From: Octopus sinensis
Taxonomy: Eukaryota
Assembly: GCF_006345805.1 (NCBI RefSeq)
Contig: NW_021834564.1
Coordinates: 1 to 47,119 of the forward strand
Length of the DNA: 47,119 nt
Direction: 5' to 3'
Of this stretch, positions 1-11,240 are shown piece by piece (within the stretch, counting starts at the first letter, position 1; each line of letters opens with the position of its first letter). The notes below the pieces were generated by a model. That model saw nothing but the letters and a program-made list of their open reading frames with translations. It was not told where the DNA came from and made no database searches. A program made the translations under genes and the position numbers.

Positions 1-2170
1 ACACACATACATACAAACATATGTATGTATGTGTGCATGTATAGTATGTTAGTGAAAGTACATTGTTACTTCAAACTTCTCGTTCAGTTTATGCCAACTG
101 ATCTTCAGACGGCAAAATCAAACGGTTTCTAAAATATTCTTCCCATTAAATAGGTTGCTGGTGTGTTTTCCGTATTGCATTTTGGGTTAAAAAGAAGTTG
201 AAAGGTGAATAACTCGTTGCATATAAATATTCCATCAAGCGGGATTTTTCTTTGTGTTAGTTAGAAATATATGACTAAGTTCTAATAACAATATATGACT
301 AAGAAAAGAAGGAGAATAAATTATTGGTATATGAAGTTACTACAGTGTTAAAATGTTATTTGGAGATTTGGGCCTATAGATATAATAAACTACTCAGGAA
401 AGTGGCATAACCTTCTCAAATTTAATTCACAAATGTGTACGAATGCTATGAAAGCTCACCTGTATTATTCAAACTTCTGCCATCCAACAACAGTTTTTAT
501 AACCTTTATTATTAACATCAGTAAATTATGATATAACATGTTATTGAACAACGGAATTTTCCCACAATAAAACTCAAGAAGCTTGTGGCGTGAGAAATCA
601 TGTCTCTCCAGCCTATATCATCCAAAATCGAAAAGATGCACCGAAAATATTATTTGGTTCACAATTGTCATTTCTTTAAGGATTAAGTCTAATATTCCTA
701 AAAGGTTCTAATAAATATTAATATTTTAATCAAACACCGATACAGAAAATTATTCAACGGAAACAAGCTTAAACTTAGTTACAACTGTACTACAAGTATG
801 AAATAGTCTAATGAGCTCACAACATGCAGAAATACTAATTGTCGCCTTTTTACAGATTTTGCAATGCTGAAGTGGTAATATATAAAATAGAAGTCACCTC
901 CACCAAACCAAACCGTTACACCATGATTAAATACTTCGCAGGAATGACGGCGTGTAAATTTAAACACTGATAGTTGAACCATACCGTTTTTTTTTTCTAG
1001 CAATCTAGAAATGAAGTATACAATAAAAATCACATCTGGAATTTGACGAAAATTCTTCTGATTTCACCATAAGAGAGATGTTCCAGAGATGCAAGGCATC
1101 AAGAGATTAGTCAAATTTTATGGGTTGTGTGAGACTGAGTTGAGCTTCATCTTTAAAAATGCCGTTAATAAGTCTGCAACCTATTTAAATGTCAGATCAG
1201 ATTTCTTCACTAAATGTCGCCACTTCAGCAAGTACCTCCTACAGCACTGCAATGTTACACCAGCTGTTGATTGAATACTTAACTATTTACCAAGTACAAT
1301 CACACACGCACACACACACCACTGTGCTTCCCATTCTTTCACCCCTCTCTTTTCTTCTCTCCTAAGCGATGAATACACACTCCTTATTTCATAATAATTC
1401 ATAACGATATTTCTTTTGATATTCTCAAATATTTCATACTGATTTCCGTATGCCAGATTAGATCAATAATTATTTACTAAGGACCACCAAACACTTTCTC
1501 TCTCTCCTTCTATATCTCTTTACTCTCTTTCTCTTTTCCTCTTCAGTTGTAGCACACATTTAGGTATTGGTCATCTCATTACACTTTATGCTATTGCATT
1601 CTTTGATATCATATATTTTCAACACCTCATAACACTTCATATTCATTTTCATTTAGCACCTTTTAATCCTGACCCTCCCCTACACTTTTACCTTTCCGCC
1701 ATTTCCCTTAATCCTATATTTTTAAGTACTTTACATTCAAACGTTTTTAAGCCTTAAACTTCACTGTATGGAACTACCTAATTAATATAACCCACTTCTA
1801 AAAATATTTATACGTAACGATTGAAACTCTCCATAATTTTTCATTTCATTAAATGCAGCAATGATATTCTGTATAGCAACAAATATTTTTCACGGATATG
1901 ACAGAAACTAGTTTAAATAAATTCGTTCGACGATTACTAGGCTTTACTAAGAATGAAACTTGCAGTTACGATATATTAACATTAATGGACTCTACCATTT
2001 CAAATATACTTCACTGTGCAATATGTATTCAGGACTTTAATTACATTAGTAATAAACAACTACAACAGTCACTCATCACACACACATATATGTGTGGTGA
2101 TGGTGGGGGGAGAAGTTGTTCTTGAGTTTGAAAATGCACCGAAATCTCAAAAAGTATAGTCGTTATTAAA

Positions 2171-2293
2171 TTTCGACAACTTTTTTCTTATCAATGGTAC
2201 AAATAAATGAAATAAAGTGTTTAGGAGAGTTTAAAGTTACAGGGTAATTCTATTTATTTATTTGTACCATTAGTAAAAAAAAAAATGTTGAAA
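2171..2293. repeat. Imperfect inverted repeat (about 43-bp arms), possible MITE remnant
   Basis: Arm 2171-2214 (tttcgacaac...atggtacaaataaatgaaata) matches the reverse complement of 2251-2293 (tatttatttatttgtaccattag...atgttgaaa). Confidence 0.6.
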
Positions 2294-2673
2294 CCGGTTT
2301 GGTTATTTGATTAAATCTATTACAAAATTTAAAAATGACTACACGTTTTCATATTCAGGTGTATTTTCAAACCTCAAAACAAATTCTTCTATATTTTCTC
2401 TTGCGCTGGAATACACTTCTCTCCATATGTATATTTTACATTCTGCGGAGAAATGGCTAACATATATGCTTTCGATAAAACTGTTGCTCCCGCAAAGCAA
2501 ATTAAATACAATTTGAGATTTTGCGGAGGGTCAAAATAGGTAACACAAACAGTACAGTGAAAACAAACAGGAAGGGCTGCTAAGCCTAAACTAGGTTGTG
2601 GTGGCGAACGCGTGAAGTAAGCTAGGACAGGAGACAAACAAACTAACGTCTTCCTTCTTCCAGCTACAACGGA

Positions 2674-2710
<37 letters not shown>

Positions 2711-2712
<2 letters not shown>

Positions 2713-2735
2713 CCAATGGTCACGTGAGAGCCACG
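2711..2735. promoter_or_regulatory. Candidate promoter module: CCAAT box next to an E-box
   Basis: AGCCAATGG at 2711-2719 and GTCACGTGA at 2719-2727, lying between a (GAAA)n tract (about 2672-2708) and a GA-rich tract. The local sequence is CpG-richer than its flanks. Confidence 0.45.
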
Positions 2736-2921
2736 GGAGCAAGGGAGGAGGAGTGAGGGAGAGAGAGTGACAGAGTAATAGGATAGAATAGTGGAAGAAG
2801 AGAAAGTAAAAGAAATCGAGAGAGAAAAACGAAGGAGTTATATATATATATATATAAAGGGTGAAAAAATTGGATATTAATTTAATAATACCATCAATTT
2901 AACACCAAGTGGCTTAGCGCA

Positions 2922-2966
<45 letters not shown>

Positions 2967-2975
2967 CAAAATGTA

Positions 2976-3009
<34 letters not shown>

Positions 3010-3129
3010 GCATACATTTTGTTAAAGCTGCAAAAATTACAAAAAGCATATTACTCTAATTTTGGTATTGGAGTTCTATTTTCAATATTGTTTTACACTT
3101 ATTGTGTACACCTGTATATATATGTTGTG

Positions 3130-3182
<53 letters not shown>

Positions 3183-3379
3183 TGTGTGTGTGTATGTATG
3201 TATGTGCGTGTGTGTGTGCCTTTCGGAGCATCCAGCATGTACCCTTTCATTATCAAATAAAGAATGCTTCTGTATGTGATCGTGTTTGAATGGTGGTCTA
3301 CCCAAATCTATTTTGGGCTCGTTTCAAATACGTATATGTATCTCCGCCCTCTCTCTCTCTCTCTCTCTATTTCTTTCTC

Positions 3380-3432
<53 letters not shown>

Positions 3433-3652
3433 ACCGATATATCAACATAAACAGAGATATATATGGATACAAATACACTATAATAAAATCATGTGTTCAT
3501 AAGACAGGCTGCTTTTAAACGATAACACCTGTGTTACATAGTTACATACAGGTAAGAATCAGCCAAGTAAAAGAGCAGAGAATTCTCCAGTAATTGCTTC
3601 CATTTCTCCATTTTGCCATGTTATAAAAATCACCGTTGCTAAAGCAACTCAC

Positions 3653-3760
3653 CAGCATTGTTAAAAATTGAATAAACTTGGTGAAATCTGCTGTAAAATA
3701 TCCGTTGGTCTTCTTGGCTGCATGCGTTGAATGGAACTGTGCGTGCTTCTGCACGTGTGT
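3653..3760 (-). other. Candidate first exon ending in ATG-CTG followed by a GTGAGT donor
   Basis: Minus strand reads ttaacaATGCTG|GTGAGT (ATG at 3658-3656, donor at 3652-3647), with A at -3. It lies downstream of the CGTGAC cluster. The 5' boundary is a guess. Confidence 0.3.
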
Positions 3761-3842
3761 TTCTGTGCGTGTGTGTGTGTGTATATATCTGTGTGTGTGT
3801 GTGTATACATGTGTGTGTGAGAGTGTCTTGTGTGTGTGAAGA

Positions 3843-3945
3843 CGTGACATTTAGTCTGCGTAGATTTCCGAACGTGACCTCGTGTATGATTCTGCGTCTG
3901 GTTCTATACGTGACGTTACTGAGCGTGTGTGGTTTTAATCGTGAC
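3843..3945. promoter_or_regulatory. Cluster of four CGTGAC motifs
   Basis: CGTGAC at 3843, 3873, 3909 and 3940 (spacing 30, 36 and 31 nt). Confidence 0.4.
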
Positions 3946-4361
3946 ATCATGTATGTACATCGGAGTCGGTTATTTTAATATGCAATATTGAGTGTACATT
4001 TGTGCATCTATGCATACGTGTGCAAATGTACGCGTATGTATGCATATATGCACATACATGTATCTGTGTTTAGGTAATATTTACGCAGAAATCAGGCACG
4101 TATGCGCTAACAATTTAACAAACTTCGATTATGCGTAACCTCATGTAACTGTGTATCATGTAGGTGTGTGTGCGTGCGAGTGTGTATGTGTGTTGAGTTT
4201 ATTTTAACGCGCGCACGAATCAATAATTCAAGACTGGTTGTATGTTTGTGCGTGTACGTGAGTTTGTGTCCTTGCGCGTGTGTGTGTATGTATGTATATA
4301 AATACATCATACAGGCAAAAATGAATGCGGGAATATATAAGTATGTATGTACGTGTGTGGA

Positions 4362-4647
4362 TAGGTAGGTAGACATGAGGTAGGTAGGTAGGTAGGTAGG
4401 TAGGTAGGTAGGTAGGTAGGTAGGTAGGTAGGAAGGTAGGTAGGAAGGTAGGTAAGTAGGTAGGTAGGTAGGTAGGTAGGTAGGCAGGTAGGCAGGTAGG
4501 TAGGTAGGCAGGTAGGTTGGTAGGCAGGTAGGTTGGTAGGTAGGTAGGTAGGTAGGTAGGTAGGCAGGCAGGCAGGAAGGTAGGTTGGTAGGTAGGTAGG
4601 TAGGTAGGTAGGTAGGTAGGTAGGTAGGTAGGTAGGTAGAGGTAGGT
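4362..4647. repeat. (TAGG)n microsatellite with CAGG/TTGG variants
   Basis: Read directly. It produces the PTYL-repeat ORF 4107..4745. Confidence 0.95.
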
Positions 4648-5464
4648 GAATGTGTGTTGGTATGTGGATAAGACGGGGGGGTCCTAGCTCTTAAGGAAGA
4701 CCATGCAATTTTCAATATCAAAAATATAATTGGAATAAGGTACACAATGTAAGGTGTCTTGTTCCCAGTTGTCTCTCACAAAAATGAAAGTGTTTTATTA
4801 AAATCTAATTTGTTAATTACATTCGTTTATATCTTTGGCGAGCGTTGCTTGCCTTGCATCGTATGTGCACATATCTATATAAGCTGCAAGGAAGAATGGA
4901 CGCCATGTTAAGAAATTCATTTAGTCTCGATTTCGAGGATGAGATATTTTGGCGAAGCCATGTCGGCGCCGCCTACTTAGAGACGTTGGTTCGATGCAGT
5001 CTTATTTGACATAGAATATTTTCATGTTTTTCCTATTTTAGTATTTCTCTCGTCTTTACTCTCTTTGTCTCTTTCTCTGCTTATGTATGCGTGCATCTAC
5101 TTATGTTTCTGTATATTTGTAATGCTTCACATTCAGCGTCTCTTTTAGTCTCTCTATGCCACCTTGCCCTCCCCCTCTCTTTCTATCTATATATCTATCT
5201 ATCTATCTCTATCTTTATCTATTTCTCTATCTCTATTGCGTGCGTGAGTGTAAATATATATTTTGTTTTCATGCAGAAAATAAACAGAGTACTCAACACA
5301 TAAGAGTGTATAGAGTCTTTCCATCAAATATAAAAATTTCATGCGATTGATGCCAGTCAACCATTTTCTTGGTTTCACAGTATTTCACTTGCGTGTTTTC
5401 ACCTGTACATGCATATACACATATATGTAGATGTGGGTTTATATACATATACGTGTGAGTGTGA

Positions 5465-5519
<55 letters not shown>

Positions 5520-6013
5520 ATACATACATACATATGTCTGTGATGTGTATATAAATTGTTATTAATCAAAAAAGTGCAGGAATAAAAGAAATGAAGTTGA
5601 AAATGCACAAAGAATATATTAAAATTAATCATAATTTAATTATATTTTAAAATTATAAAATATAGGAATACACTTCACCGGTTTCACTTTAGATTTTCAA
5701 AAGTGCATAGTAGATGGGGCTGTGTCACGAATTATATATACTCTGTCCATTTCAACTTCATTTCTGTTATGTTTATACAGCAATGTAACCACACACTTAC
5801 TGTTGTCGATTTCTTTTTCTTATTTGGACTTTTCCTTTTCTCCTTTTTGACGAAAAGCTTTACTCGAACCGTCAAATTCTCTCTTTTCACCTAGCGTCAA
5901 ACTAAGACATTCATTGTGTACACTCTTTTGTCCGTTAATCATGTTATTCGTTTTTAAAAATTTTATTGAATTTTAAATTGATTGTTTATATGAATTGACG
6001 ATATTACATATAC

Positions 6014-6082
<69 letters not shown>

Positions 6083-6256
6083 TATATATATATATATATA
6101 TATACACATACACGCACAAAGTATGGGTGTTTATTTCACAGGTGATCTAAACGATTAGGTACACTAGGTAAGGGTTGTAACGGATTACTAGGGCTCCAAT
6201 GTTGTGGCCGAGACGATAGTTATGGAGCCACTGCAGATTTCCAATAATGCGGATAG

Positions 6257-6858
6257 ATAATTGTTAAAAAAGACAATAAACGTTAAGGCAAGACAAACAT
6301 CTCAAGTCATATACATTATTATTATTGGAAAAAAATTCTGGGAGTATGGAATATTCCGTCATCAGAGACAAATAGGGAAAATGGGAAAGGTATAGATTAA
6401 TGAAATGAAGACATAGAGGACAGGAGTCCTCTATGACATAAAGACATAAAGGAATAAGGAGATTAAGAGAAAGAAGAAAAAAGAAGCATAAAAGTTCACA
6501 GTTCAACTTTCTGAAGTTGTAGAAATAAGTGCATAAGTCCTTAGGTGCAATCCTGAGTAGATCTATGCATTTCTTTCTACGACATCGGAAAGTTGAACTG
6601 TGAACTTTTATGTGAACTTTTATGCTTCTTTTTCTTCTCTCTCTTCATCTCCTTATTCCTTTACTCCTGTTCCCTTTGTCGTCATTTCATTAATCTATAC
6701 CCTTCTCATTTTTCCTGTTTATCTCTGATGACGGAACATTCCATACTCTGGGATATCCCAGAAACAGCTGTGAGACTTCGAATTTTTTCCAATAATAATA
6801 ATGTATGACTTAAGATGTTTGCCTTGCCTTATCGTTTGTTGTCCTCTTTAGCAATTAT
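6257..6858. mobile_element. 600-bp palindromic element: inverted pair of Penelope-like pseudo-LTR (pLTR) sequences
   Basis: 6257-about 6545 is the reverse complement of about 6552-6858 (paired ORFs both read MNCELLC...NNNNV), with a loop of about 6 nt (tgcaat). Each arm has a pyrimidine tract, a CTGATGA motif and an aataataat tail, as in the PLE relic at 10040-10230. Confidence 0.7.
6721..6776 (+). ncRNA. Hammerhead ribozyme-like core, probably inactive (G at the cleavage position)
   Basis: TCT-CTGATGA (6725-31), stem II region, GAAA (6761-64), palindrome ACAGCTGT (6764-71), G, then AGA pairing with TCT at 6722-24. Confidence 0.6.
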
Positions 6859-6985
<127 letters not shown>

Positions 6986-7024
6986 TATTATATGCATATA
7001 TATATTATATATATTTACTATGTG

Positions 7025-7215
7025 TGTATGTGTCTTTGTGTCTGTCTTTGTCCCACCACCACCGCTTGATAACTGGCCTGGGTGTGTTTATGTCCCCATC
7101 ATCTAGCGGTTCCGCAAAAGAGACCGATAGAAAAAGCACCGGGCTTTAAAAAATAAGTACTGTGGTCGATTCATTTGACTAAAAGAATTCTTAAAGGCGG
7201 TGCCCAGTATGGCCG
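7025..7215 (+). mobile_element. CORE-type SINE (family B), 3' half, diverged
   Basis: Matches the 3' half of the intact copies at 31468-31886 and 46452-46850 (gcaaaagagaccgatag...aaggcggtgc). Confidence 0.8.
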
Positions 7216-8220
7216 AACATATGGTATAATTATAAACAGGGCAAATTTTAGCCATTTATCCACAAACTAATATGTGTGTCTGTCTGTGTGTTTCCCTAAA
7301 ACTTGATAACTACACAACCAATTTCATTCAAATTTTACATATACCTTACTTAGGGTCCATGTAGTGCCATGGGCAGAAATATGTTCAACTTCTTGCCTAG
7401 GGCGAGCCCACAGCAATATCATATCTTCTCCACTATTTCAGTATTACGTGTTAAAAGTGAAACAAAAATATCTCTCTATTGTATGTATATATATACTACA
7501 AAATATAAAGTTATATCTTGAGATCGTTAGTGACAACAACGCTCAACATATATAACAGACTGGAAGAGTAGTGCTCAAATGAGCTGTATACACTTTTTAA
7601 TCCGAGGGGAGGCAATGCGAGCAGCAACTACAAGAGCACTACAAAATCCACAGAAAGATAAAACACATATATGTATTCATTTATATCTTCAGAACAGATA
7701 TAAAGCCCGACGTTTAGAAATATATAGTAATATATAAATGTATAAACATCATATAAAAATATATTGTACGCATAAGATCCACTCGACGTTCCATAAGAAA
7801 TTTAGAAATAAAAATAGCAATAAAAGTTAGAGGTAATAATAACAATTGAATTAAATATAGTAAATATAGTAAGTAGTAATTAAAATAAAACTAAAGTATG
7901 GTAATTAAATCATAATATAACAATTAAAAGAAAAAATAGCAATTAGTATAAAATGTATCAAGGACTTGAACTCGAATGTGGCTTTGCATGAATTGGAGAA
8001 ATTAAAAGATAAAAAATTTAATTGAGTGCAGAAGTGAATTAGTCCAGATGGAGCTGTGCGCAATACCATTTACTATAGCTGCTAGATTGAATTATATACT
8101 TATAAAGTAGCATTCAGTATCTATAAGAATTTTTGGGAGTACGTAATGTCTGGTCTTTCGTATGTAGCAGTTATGTAATTGTCCATTTGTTTCCGTGTAC
8201 TATGCGTTGTGTGTAAAATA

Positions 8221-8302
8221 CATCCTGACGAGGGAAGTGTCAATTTTAAATATATGATATGTTTCATATTAATTGGCGCATCTCCGAAACGGCCTGAAGA
8301 TG
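8221..8302 (+). ncRNA. Hammerhead-like fold with a long stem II and a mutated cleavage triplet
   Basis: CATC-CTGACGA (8225-31); nested stems GTGTCAATT/AATTGGCGC (two G-U pairs) and ATATGA/TCATAT; GAAAC (8286-90); GATG (8299-8302) pairs with CATC. Confidence 0.45.
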
Positions 8303-8369
8303 AACTTTTATGTATTTTTGTAAATGTGTATGTTTATCTTCTATGTATTTTTCTCTGGAATTTTAATTC

Positions 8370-8404
8370 GCATTATGACCCGGCAAAACCGGGTCATAAT
8401 GCTA

Positions 8405-8406
<2 letters not shown>
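8370..8406 (+). mobile_element. Helitron-like 3' terminus (hairpin plus CTAG|T)
   Basis: 14-bp perfect stem GCATTATGACCCGG-CAAAA-CCGGGTCATAATGC running into CTAGT, then a (TA)n tract. The 5' end was not located. Confidence 0.6.
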
Positions 8407-8450
<44 letters not shown>

Positions 8451-9094
8451 TATATATATCATACATACATACATACGTGTGTGTGTGTATATATATATAC
8501 AATCTTGCTCAACTTTCTTCTTGTACATGTTGGTGTTCATCAGTTTTTTTGCCGTTCCTCTCTTGTTCACAGCCAGAATATTAAGTTTGGTGCTGAGATT
8601 TTCTAGCAAGAGTCAGCTGGTTTAATACAAATTTCCATCTCGTACTTGCATATTGTACATACATCTCATTATACACACTGGGTTTCGTTTTGCTTGTTAT
8701 ATCTATTTTCTTTTTGTTTTTTTGTTTCTTATGGTGTCGTGCTGTGCTATTAAGCGCAGATCCAGAAACCTCCATACCTCGTTAGTGCTTTCAAGTTTTA
8801 TTTCCATCCGTATTTGTTTTCTATTTATGTTTTGTAAAGCACTCCAATTTTACCAACATAATTAGTTTACGATATAATTGAAAAACAACTTATGCGCGAT
8901 CGCGTTAACTGCTAGAAGTAGCGAGCAAATCTGCTATAAATTAAAGGTACTGCTTTATAAAAGATACGTTACATTATATAGTTCTAGAGTCACAATACAG
9001 GACAGTTGCGGTCGGATTGTCTTTGATCAGAGATCAGTTTGGTTGATCAAGACTGACCTGAAACTGAACAACAACACCAGCAGCAGCAACAGCT

Positions 9095-9435
9095 GGAGGC
9101 GCAATGGCCCAGTGGTAAGGGCAGCGGACTCGCGGTCGGAGGATCACGGTTTCGATTCCCAGACCGGGCGTTGTGTGTGTTTATTGAGCGAAAACACCTA
9201 AAGCTCCACGAGGCTCCGGAAGGGGGTGGTGGCGACCCCTGTTGTACTCTTTCGCTCCAACTTTCTCTCACTTTTTCTTCCTGTTTCTTGTCCCCGACTG
9301 AGCCTGGATGCGCATTCATCCATCCGTCGATGCTCTCGGTGTCTGGGGTTGACCTGCTTTCTCTTCTGCAGGTCTTACGAATAGCAAAAGACCACGTTTC
9401 GGACTTCTACCATTAAGGACGAAGACCCCTTCGCT
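9095..9435 (+). mobile_element. tRNA-derived SINE (family C)
   Basis: A-box TGGCCCAGTGG and B-box GGTTTCGATTCC, then a unique body. It sits within a CAA/CAG repeat. Confidence 0.75.
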
Positions 9436-9584
9436 CAACAAACAAGCAGTAGCAACACATTAATTCCTTTATTGGTTCCCGTTCAAGTTTGAACGACGTC
9501 GACATTCATCTTTCGTTATGGCGGGATTTAGATCATTTAAATGCGTGCCAACCAGTAACTAGGCTTTAGTTACACCTTAAACGT

Positions 9585-9890
9585 TGGCATAGCTGAGTGG
9601 TTAAGAAGCTCATTTTTCAACCATGCGGTTTCAGGTTCAGTCCTGCTGAGTAAATTTTTGGATAAAAGTTTTTGCTGTAGCCCCTGACCGAACAGTGTCT
9701 TGTGAGTGAATTTGGTTAACGGAAACTGGTTTACGAAGACCATCTAGTGCATATATATTTATATGTATATATGTGTGTGTCTATCTGTCTTTGTGTTTGT
9801 TTGCTACTGCACCAGCACCACTTGACAACTGCTGTTGGTTTGTTTACGTCCACGCATGAGACCGACTGATGCAATAAGTACCAGGCTCAA
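9585..9890 (+). mobile_element. CORE-type SINE (family B), old diverged copy
   Basis: A/B-box-like head (tagctgagtgg; aggttcagtcc) followed by the gtgagtgaatttgg motif and the 3' body. Confidence 0.7.
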
Positions 9891-9892
9891 AA

Positions 9893-10228
9893 TTGGTAAC
9901 TCATCCCACCACCCTGCTCCCTCGCACTGTTGTCACTATACCCCCCAATCTCGCCCTCTCCACTGCCGAGCGCTCTCTCCTCGGTAGGGGACTCCGCTTC
10001 ACGCCCCTCACGCGCCACTGCGATGAATTTGAAGCGTGTGTACCGTTGGCGATTTTTTTTCCTCCGTCTTCCCTTCTCTGGATCTTCCTTTTTCCTATGT
10101 TTCTGACGAAGAGCTCCACTCGAAACGTAAAACCCTCCTTCTTCCCTTCCTGAGCGTCCAGTAATACTATATTTGTTCCACGTCCTCGCGTTGTGTTTTC
10201 TCTTGGTGTTTTCATGTTTGGATTAACT

Positions 10229-10230
<2 letters not shown>
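9893..10230 (+). mobile_element. Penelope-like element deletion derivative (ORF N-terminal piece fused to the pLTR)
   Basis: The ORF reads [29 protein letters not shown], resembling the PLE N-terminal motif (V.N.S..LS.AE.S.L.KGL.F.P). It is followed by a pyrimidine tract, a hammerhead core and a tail ending in (TA)n. Confidence 0.75.
10099..10133 (+). ncRNA. Minimal type I hammerhead ribozyme (PLE-type), core intact
   Basis: GTTT-CTGACGA-A-GAG-CTCCA-CTC-GAAA-C-GTA-AAAC. Stem I is GTTT/AAAC, stem II is GAG/CTC, stem III is the palindrome ACGT, and the GUA triplet ends at 10129. Confidence 0.8.
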
Positions 10231-10317
<87 letters not shown>

Positions 10318-10376
10318 GTATGTATGTATATATATATATAAACATGTATGTATTTGTGTGTGTGTGTGTGTGTGTG

Positions 10377-10620
10377 AAGGCACATGGCTTAGTGGTTAGG
10401 GGGCTTACACTGACATTTGCGAGATTGTGGATTTGATTTCCAGACTGTGTGTTGCGTTATGTTCTTGCGCAAAGTACTTCCTTTCACGTTGCTCTGCGAT
10501 CATTTCGTCATCTGACACGTGGCACACAGTGCACCTGTACAGGTAATGTTGATTTGGTGGAGGGTGTGAGCTTATGTGTACACAAACATTTGATCTTGAT
10601 AAACAAAAAATCTGTGTGGT
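10377..10620 (+). mobile_element. tRNA-derived SINE (family D)
   Basis: A-box TGGCTTAGTGG. The body (gttgctctgcgatca...gatttg...ataaacaaa) recurs inverted at 19150-19400. Confidence 0.7.
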
Positions 10621-10788
10621 TCTTTAGTAAGACATTCTTCAACCCTCATACGTCTTCTAACGACGGGAGAGTCCATAACGCGATAAATATATATAATATA
10701 TATATATATATAATATATATATAATATATATATAATATATATATATATATACACATGTATGTATGTACGAATATATATATATGTACGC

Positions 10789-10825
<37 letters not shown>

Positions 10826-10886
10826 CACATGTATGTATGTACGCATAAATGCATACATGTATATGTATCAGCGTGTGTGTATGAAT

Positions 10887-10930
<44 letters not shown>

Positions 10931-11240
10931 TATAGATATATACACACACAAATTCACATACATGTGTGTACATCATAATGCACATGCATACTTCTGTATA
11001 TACATTATGAGCTCCCTATTTTAAAGCCAGTAATGTATAATTTCAAATTTCCAGATTTACTTGTTATTCTTTGCAAGTTGAGTGACCGCGTTGAACACTG
11101 GTGGGTGGAAAGAGAATACTCGCCTGCGGCTCAATTTTGAAACCGTCCTCTGTTGATATCCTTAATTGTAAAATAGATACCGTTTATGCCTTAAGACGAA
11201 AACATTCATTTAATATAAACACTGTACAAATTTCATCATC

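Noticed and set aside
180-1270. Possible coding or transposase remnants in the unique AT-rich left end
   Set aside because: All frames are interrupted and no motif could be recognised with confidence.
2713-2735. ER-stress element (CCAAT-N9-CCACG)
   Set aside because: The spacing here is 13 nt, not 9.
5587-5765. 16-bp perfect inverted repeat (5587-5602 / 5750-5765)
   Set aside because: Short and AT-rich with no TSD or further pairing. It is likely a decayed transposon remnant or chance.
7568-7642. 9-bp terminal stem (GTAGTGCTC/GAGCACTAC) suggesting a C/D snoRNA
   Set aside because: There is no RTGATGA C box or CTGA D box at the expected positions.
9095-9170. tRNA gene-like A/B boxes here and at 10385, 36300 and the other SINE heads
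   Set aside because: There is no intact cloverleaf or T-run terminator, and each head continues into a SINE body.
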